Assembly: GCF_964213995.1 (NCBI RefSeq)
Contig: NC_135808.1
Coordinates: forward strand, 21,824,001 to 21,888,000
Direction: 5' to 3'
Origin: Mustelus asterias
Taxonomy: Eukaryota
Length of the DNA: 64,000 nucleotides
Shown here: one piece after another, positions 57,385 to 64,000 of the stretch
Numbering within the stretch: position 1 is the stretch's first letter
How the letters are laid out: each line of letters begins with the position of its first letter
Translations under genes and position numbers: made by a program
Notes under the pieces: model-generated
Told to the model about the DNA's origin: nothing
Databases searched by the model: none
The model's input: only the letters and a program-made list of their open reading frames with translations

Positions 57385-58635
57385 ACTTAGAGTGAATGAG
57401 GGAGGGAGGGAGTCAGATTCGGTGAGTGAAGGAGGCGAGAGAGCCAGTGAGTGAGGGGGGGGGGAGTGAGAGTCGGTGAGTGAGGGGGGGAGTGAGAGTC
57501 GGTGAGTGAGGGGGGGAGTGAGAGTCGGTGAGTGAGGGGGGAAGTGAGAGTCGGTGAGTGAGGGGGGAGTGAGAGTCGGTGAGTGAGGGGGGGAGTGAGA
57601 GTCGGTGAGTGAGGGGGGAGTGAGAGTTGTTGAGTGAGGGGGGAGTGGGTGAGTGAGGGGGGAGTGAGAGTCGGTGAGTGGGGGGGGAGTGAGAGTCGGT
57701 GAGTGAGAGTCGGTGAGTGAGGGGGGAGTGAGAGTCGGTGAGTGAGGGGGGAGTGAGAGTCAGTGAGTGAGGGGGGAATGAGACTCGGTGAGTGAGGGGG
57801 TGGAGTGAGAGTCGGTGAGTGGGGGGGGGGAGTGAGAGTCGGTGAGTGAGAGTCGGTGAGTGAGGGGGGAGTGAGAGTCGGTGAGTGAGGGGGGAGTGAG
57901 AGTCAGTGAGTGAGGGGGGAGTGAGACTCGGTGAGTGAGGGGGTGGAGTGAGAGTCGGTGAGTGGGGTGGAGTGAGTTGGTGAGTGAGGGGGGAGTGAGA
58001 GTCGTTGAGTGAGGGGGGAGTGAGAGTCGTTGAGTGAGGGGGGACTCAGAGTCGTTGAGTGAGGGGGGAGTGAGAGCTGCTGAGTGAGGGGGGACTGGGA
58101 GTCGGTGAGTGAGGGGGGGACTGGGAGTCGGTGAGTGAGGGGGGGACTGGGAGTCGGTGAGTGAGGGGGGGAGTGAGAGTCGGTAAGTGAGGGGGGGAGT
58201 GAGAGTCGGTAAGTGAGAGGGGGAGTGAGAGTTGGTGATTGAGGGCGGAGTGGGAGTCGATGGGTGAGGGGGGAGCGAGAGTCGGTGAGTGAGGGGGAAC
58301 TGAGTCGTTGTGCGAATGTGACTGAGGGGGGAGTGAGAGTCGTTGAGTGAGGAGGGAATGAGAGTCGGTTAGTGAGGGGGGAGTGGGAATCAGTGGGTGA
58401 GGGAGGAGTGAGTGGGAATCGGTGAGTGAGGGGGGAGCGAGGGTCGGTGAGTGAGGGTCGGTGAGTAAGGAGGGTTTGGGAATCAGTGGGTGAGCTCGGA
58501 GTGAGTGGGAATCGGTGAGTGAGGGAGGGAGAGTCGGTGAGTGAGGGAGGGAGAGTTGGTGAGTGAGGGGGGGACTGAGAGTCAGTGAGTGAAATGTGAG
58601 TGAGAGTCGGGGAGGGGTGGGAATCAGTGGGTGAG
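57385..58635. repeat. 25-bp purine-rich minisatellite, second block (GTGAGTGAGGGGGGAGTGAGAGTCG)n
   Basis: Same unit with TG in place of CG; more degenerate toward its 3' end. Confidence 0.93.
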
Positions 58636-58663
58636 GTGGACTGAGTCATTCAGTGACGCGGGA

Positions 58664-59912
58664 CAGATAGAGAGAAAGGTAGAAAACAGCTCCTGCATTT
58701 TACAGAATGTGGAGGGAGATACTTATTTTCTATCAGCTTCCAGACTGCAATTTCCAGACACAGAAAGGGAGAGAGAAAGAGCTGCTCCTTCCTTTTTCAA
58801 ATTGAAACAGCAACTGCCTGCCTGTCCCTCTGTAACCCGAACTGCTCCCATTGACATGATTTCATTCTTGCCAATCAACCTAATTACACCCGACTCTGAA
58901 ACACCAGGAGAAAACCAGAACATTTCACAAAACTGCCTTAGCTGAGTTTAAAACAATCACCCCAATAATTAGGAGCAATTATTCTTCCGCATTATCTTGT
59001 GAAGTTTATGTTTTTAAAATGATAACACAATTGTAAAAATGCTAGAAGCAGAAAGCATGGCCTGTTTTTTTTAAAAAAGGGGTTTTTTTCTGTACTGAAG
59101 AGTAGGAAGTGCATGCTGTACACTGTACATTGTACCGTGAGCCTGGGCAGTAACTTTAACCAACCAGCTTAAATTTGGCATTTGAATAGCAGCAGCCTCT
59201 CAGATTTGAATTTGATGTTTTGATAACCAGTGGTAAACCAATCATATTGTGGGGATTTTTGATATGTCATCAGGTGTATAAAAGCCACACTCCCGCCTCT
59301 GCCAGCAAATGCATCTGCCACGGTTTACAGCTTGAGAGAGAGACAGACAGCAACTGTCTCTAACAGAGTAACAGCCACATTTATGTCTTAAAAGAAAGCC
59401 TCATCTCAAGCATAAAGGTACAAACGGAAGATAGTGAAAACAGAAGATAAAGACAGGGCATTCCGGAAGGTGACAAAACTGGTTAAAATTTTGAGAGTGA
59501 CTAGAAATTCAAATTGTTTTGTAAAAAATGGGAATTGGATTTCTCTAAACTGCATTCCATTGGAATCGTGTTTAATTCTGTTTGTTAATTGTTCAGTTAA
59601 CCTGATTGCTGTTAGTTAGATAAATAAAGTGTTACTTGTTGCTTTACAGAGGGAATCTCAGGTAGTTATTTTGATTTGACAACTAAAAGTTGCTGAAGAG
59701 CAGATATTAACCCTTCTCACACACACTTTAACGGATTATAAAGGGACGTAATGCTCTTTCAGTGGCTGAGTATCAGTTCTCAGAGAGGAGATCAACTTCC
59801 ACTTCATAACAATTATCAGCATGTGGGCTGCTGCAGTCATCAGAGTTGACACATAAAACAGTCCCTTTGGAAGAAATGCAAATACATTCCTGAAAGGCAC
59901 AGTTCTGACACA
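58664..59912 (-). mobile_element. Partial LTR, copy 2 (tandem duplicate of 56130-57380)
   Basis: Highly similar to copy 1 at an offset of ~2,534 bp. Confidence 0.75.
58998..59811 (+). mobile_element. Solo LTR (copy 2)
   Basis: TGTGAAG...CATAACA termini; ATTATC on both flanks (58991-96 and 59812-17). Confidence 0.75.
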
Positions 59913-59945
59913 GGGGACTTAGAGTGAGGGAGGGAGGGAGGGACA

Positions 59946-60672
59946 ACAAAGAACAAAGAACAAAGAACAATACAGCACAGGAACAGGCCCTTCGGCCCTC
60001 CAAGCCCGCGCCGCTCCCCGGTCCAGGATTGAATCCTGAATCCAGGATCCCCGCCCAATTTTCCAGCCTATCTACATACCAATATCCTATCCACCGAGCT
60101 GTCCCTCACAGCTATGATGCTTTGTTCATTACAACCTATTAACTTACCCCCACCCCCCCATTCCAGACCATGTGATCTCCAGGGAGAGGCGAAAACCCAG
60201 AGTGAAAAACCCCAGGGCCAATATGGGGAAAAAAAAAAATCTGGGAAATTCCTCTCCGACCCCCTGAGGCGATCGAAACGAGTCCAGGAGATCACAATGG
60301 CCCCGATCGGAAAATGCTTCCCAACCCTAGTCATTTCCACTTCCACGAACACCATATGAATTCCCTGCCCCCGAGACAGGTTCCCAACTATCCGCAGTCT
60401 CACTCTGTACTGGCACCAGCAAGATGATCGTAGAATGAAGCCTTGAAACGAGAAACCAGGAACAATTAGCCCGCGCCGCTCCCTGGTCCAAACTAGACCA
60501 CTCTTTTGTATCCCTCCATTCCCACTCCGTTCATATAGCTGTCTAGATAAGTCTTAAACGTTCCCAGTGTGTCCGCCTCCACCACCTTGCCCGGCAACAC
60601 ATTCCAGGCCCCCACGACCCTCTGTGTGAAATATGTCCTTCTGATATCTTGTGAAATATGTCCTTCTGATAT
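59946..60672 (-). mobile_element. Young 5'-truncated CR1 3' end with a long structured 3'UTR
   Basis: (ACAAAGA)n tail and GGCCCTTCGGCCC terminal stem-loop; minus frame reads FTQRVVGAWNVLPGKVVEADTLGTFKTYLD; CpGs are retained. Confidence 0.85.
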
Positions 60673-61470
60673 GTGGGTGAGTGAGGGGGGAGTGAGGGGG
60701 GAGTGAGAGTGGGTGAGTGAGGGGGGAGTGAGAGTGGGTGAGGGAGGGAGGGAGGGAGTGAGAGTGGGTGAGGGAGGGAGGGAGGGAGCAAGAGTGGGTG
60801 AGTGAGGGGGGAGTGAGAGTCGGTGAGTGAGGGGGGAGTGAGAGCGGGTGATTGAGGGGGGAGTGAGAGCGGGTGAGTGAGAGCGGGTGAGTGCGGGTGA
60901 GTGAGAGCGGGTGAGTGAGAGCGGGTGAGTGAGAGCGGGTGAGTGAGAGCGGGTGAGTGAGAGCGGGTGAGTGAGAGCGGGTGAGTGAGGGCGGGTGAGT
61001 GAGGGCGGGTGAGTGAGGGCGGGTGAGTGAGGGCGGGTGAGTGAGGGCGGGTGAGTGCGGGCGAGTGAGTGCGGGCGAGTGAGTGCGGGCGAGTGAGTGC
61101 GGGCGAGTGAGTGCGGGCGAGTGAGTGCGGGCGAGTGAGTGCGGGCGAGTGAGTGCGGGCGAGTGAGTGCGGGCGAGTGAGTGCGGGCGAGTGAGTGCGG
61201 GCGAGTGAGTGCGGGCGAGTGAGTGCGGGCGAGTGAGTGCGGGCGAGTGAGTGCGGGCGAGTGAGTGGTGGGGTGGGAGTGTGGGGTGGGGGGGAGGTGT
61301 GGGGTGTGTGGTGGGGGGGGGGAGTGTGGGGTGGGGGGGGGAGTGTGGGGTGGGAGTGTGGGGTGGGGGGGGGGAGTGTGGGGTGGGGGGGGGAGTGTGG
61401 GGTGGGGGGGGCGAGTGTGGGGTGGGGGGGGGGAGTGTGGGGTGGGTGGGGGGGGAGTGAGAGTCGGTGA
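60673..61470. repeat. G-rich minisatellite grading from 25-bp to 14-bp units to G-run units
   Basis: (GTGAGTGAGAGCGG)n, (GTGAGTGAGGGCGG)n and (GAGTGAGTGCGGGC)n, then GGGGTGGGGGGGGAGTGT units. Confidence 0.93.
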
Positions 61471-61536
61471 AGGGGGTGATGCCGGGACTCTTTATCTCGA
61501 GGTTCCTGTACTGACTCCTCTTTCTTTCTCTCTCAG

Positions 61537-61800
61537 TTGCCCCCGTCGTGTCCTTTACCCGTCTGGGTGATTCTAACCGGTTGTCTTGCGCCGTCACCGG
61601 GTTTTACCCTCAACCCATCGAGGTGAATCTGTGGAGAGATGTAGTGGTGATTGTTGAGACTCTGTCTAGTGGGATCTTACCCAATCAGGACAGCACCTAC
61701 CAGATCCGGAAATGGATCGCGTTTGATCCAGAGGACCAGGCCGAGTATTCCTGTCGGGTGGAACACAGCGGGATGAAGGAGACACTGGTGGTGATTTATG
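61537..61800 (+). CDS. MHC class I exon 4 (alpha3, Ig C1 domain)
   Basis: Polypyrimidine tract plus CAG acceptor; 264 bp, phase 1/1; LSCAVTGFYPQPIEVNLWRD...ILPNQDSTYQI...YSCRVEHSG; G|GTAAGA donor. Confidence 0.96.
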
Positions 61801-62127
61801 GTAAGACTGTTTCTCACTGTTAGAGAGGACCCAGCCTCAGACCAGGATCACAGGAGGGAGGGTCAGTGCTGAGCTGTCAGCCCAGGACAGCCTGAGGCCC
61901 AGTATAGAGCAAGAAGGAAATAAATATTAATCTTCAATGCATTACATAATCATGGTGTCACCATTAAAGGAAAGTGATTGTGTGTCCTGGGGTTTTACTG
62001 TGCAATCTGCCCCAGTGTATCCTACGATTTTATACCATGACAGGGCCCGGTGCATTGTGGCAAATAACAGGAAGTGCAGGACCATTGCATTGTTGAATAT
62101 TATAGTAGGAAAGGGCGCCTGTGGATC

Positions 62128-62425
62128 GTGAGATATTACTGTGTGACAGGCCAGTGTATCCTGAGATATTGCAGTATGACAGGGCCAGTGTATCCTGGGA
62201 TATTACAGTATTACAGGGCCAGTGTATCCTGGGATATTACTGTGTGACAGGCCAGTGTATCCTGGATATTACAGTATTACAGGGCCAGTGTATCCTGGGA
62301 TATTACAGTATGACAGGGCCAGTGTATCCTGGGATATTACTGTGTGACAGGCCAGTGTATCCTGGGATATTACAGTATGACAGGGCCAGTGTATCCTGGG
62401 ATATTACAGTATGACAGGGCCTAGT
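62128..62425. repeat. ~33-34-bp minisatellite (CCAGTGTATCCTGGGATATTACAGTATGACAGGG), ~9 copies
   Basis: Visible tandem units with interspersed variants. Confidence 0.92.
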
Positions 62426-62519
62426 GTATTCTGGATGTTTACTCCAGTCAACTTCGGATCAATGTTCAGAAAAATACTGGAACTCTGTCTATTGGAGGGA
62501 ATTCATGAAAATCTAGAAA

Positions 62520-63691
62520 GTCAATTTGGACTTCAGTAAGGCCTTTGATAAATTTCCATATGGCAGGCTGCTCTGGAAGGTGAGATCACATGGAATCCAG
62601 GGAGAGCTGGCAAATTGCTGATATAATTGTCGTGGTGATAGGAAGGAGAAGGTAATGGTGGAAGGGTGCTTGTCGGACTGGATGCCTGTGACTAGTGTAT
62701 GCCCCAGGGGTCGGTGCTGGGCCCATTGCTGTTTGTTATCTATATCAACAATTTGGATGAGAATGTACAAGGCATGATCAGTAAGTTTGCAGAAGACACT
62801 AAAGTAGTGGTATTTTAGGCAGTGAGGAAGGTTGTCAAAAATTGCAGCAGGATCTTGATCAGCTGGAGAAGTGGGCCGAGAAATGGCAAATGGAGTTCAA
62901 CACAGATAAGTGTGAGCTGTTGCATTTTGGAAAGTCAAATCAAGCTCAGACTTTAACGGTGAATTGGAGGACCTTAGGGAGTTTCGTGGAACTGAGGGAC
63001 CTTGGAGTTCAGGTGCACAGTTCTCTGAAAGTGGAGTCATAGGGAGATAGGGCAGTGAAGAAGCCTTTTGGCACGCTGGCCTTCAGTCAAGTCACTGAGT
63101 ATAGAAGTTGGGAAGTTATGTTGCAGTTGCACAGGACGTTGGTGAGGCCGCACCTGGAGTATTGTGTTCAGTTTTGGTCGCCCTGCTGCAGGAAAGATGT
63201 TATTAAACTCGAAAGAGTACAGAAGAGATTTACAAGGATGTTGCCAGGACTGAAGGGACTGTGTTGTAGGGAGAGATTGGACATGCTAGGACTTTTTTCC
63301 TTTGGAGCGTAGGAGACGAAGGGGTGATCTTAGAGGTATATAATAAGATCATGAGGGACATGGATAGGGTAATGCAGTCTTTTTCCCAGGGTTGGGGAAT
63401 CGAGAACTCGAGGGCATAGGTTTACGTTAAGAGGGGAAAAAATTAATGGAAACCTGAGGATCAACTGTGTTGCACAGAGAGTGGTACATATGTGCAATGA
63501 GCTGCTGGAGGAAGTGGTTGAGGCAGGGACATTGACAACATTTAAAAGGCATTTGGACAGATACATAGATAGGAAAGGTTTAGGGGGATATGGGCCAAAT
63601 ACAGGCAAATGGAGTTAAGTTAGATGGGTATTTTGGCCGGCTAGGGCCAGTTTGGGCCAAAGGGCCTGCCTCTGTGCCGTAGATTCTATGA
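62520..63691 (+). mobile_element. CR1 LINE 3' fragment, decayed
   Basis: DFSKAFDK, SKFAEDTK, QQDLDQLEKWAEKWQMEFN and LVRPHLEYCVQFWSP; tail GGGCCAAAGGGCCTG...ATTCTATG. Confidence 0.92.
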
Positions 63692-64000
63692 AAGCAAAAA
63701 ATATGATAGTTGTGATAACCCCCAGCACCTACAAGGGGAATCCCTGATTGACCCCCCAGTCAGACTCATGGGAATCTGAGTTCCAGTGGAGATAGGCAAT
63801 TGCCTAACCAGGTGGAACTCGTGTCCAGAGCCCTTGATAAGTCAATCCCTTGAGCGGGTCCGGTGTTCTATCATCCTGGATGGGACTCATGTACATGTAC
63901 CACAAAGTTGTGTTTTAACTTTTACTTTGACAAATAAAATGTCGAATGATGAAAATGTGAGCTGGAAACTATGTTTGGCGGCCTGGTACAGATGGGGACA

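Noticed and set aside
54468-61800. Calling the gene classical UAA or assigning a named non-classical lineage
   Set aside because: Anchor residues are lost, so it is not classical, and lineage assignment needs a phylogeny I cannot run.
61801-64000. Transmembrane exon, or a secreted form by read-through (GKTVSHC*)
   Set aside because: No hydrophobic exon was found here, but the donor is strong and the introns are long, so the TM exon probably lies beyond the window.
63710-64000. Possible LTR start (TGTGATAAC...)
   Set aside because: Cut off by the window edge, with no partner or diagnostic motif.

Overview
Vertebrate genomic DNA, most likely a shark (inferred from HE1-type SINEs, CR1 tails and shark-like MHC class I exons). 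Bases 1-37,345 are one giant CT/CpG-rich satellite with kb-scale higher-order repeats and a 200-N scaffold gap; its huge ORFs are artefacts of an almost A-free strand. The rest looks like a tandem MHC class I cluster on the + strand. First come the probable last cytoplasmic exon and 3'UTR of an upstream gene, which would place the satellite inside an intron. Next is a second gene with in-frame leader (45483-45531), alpha1 (54468-54728), alpha2 (55101-55373) and alpha3 (61537-61800) exons; its TM and cytoplasmic exons are not seen in the window. This gene is strongly non-classical: 7 of 8 peptide-anchoring residues are replaced by hydrophobic ones, there is no N-glycosylation sequon, and the alpha2 helix carries an extra Cys. 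Its putative X-Y promoter module is split by a SINE, and intron 2 has a periodic array of nine inverted CCAAT boxes. Other elements include a decayed Gmr1-type Gypsy element with nested LINEs/SINE, splice-donor-anchored minisatellites, a duplicated LTR-in-LTR module and a Penelope end with a hammerhead ribozyme.
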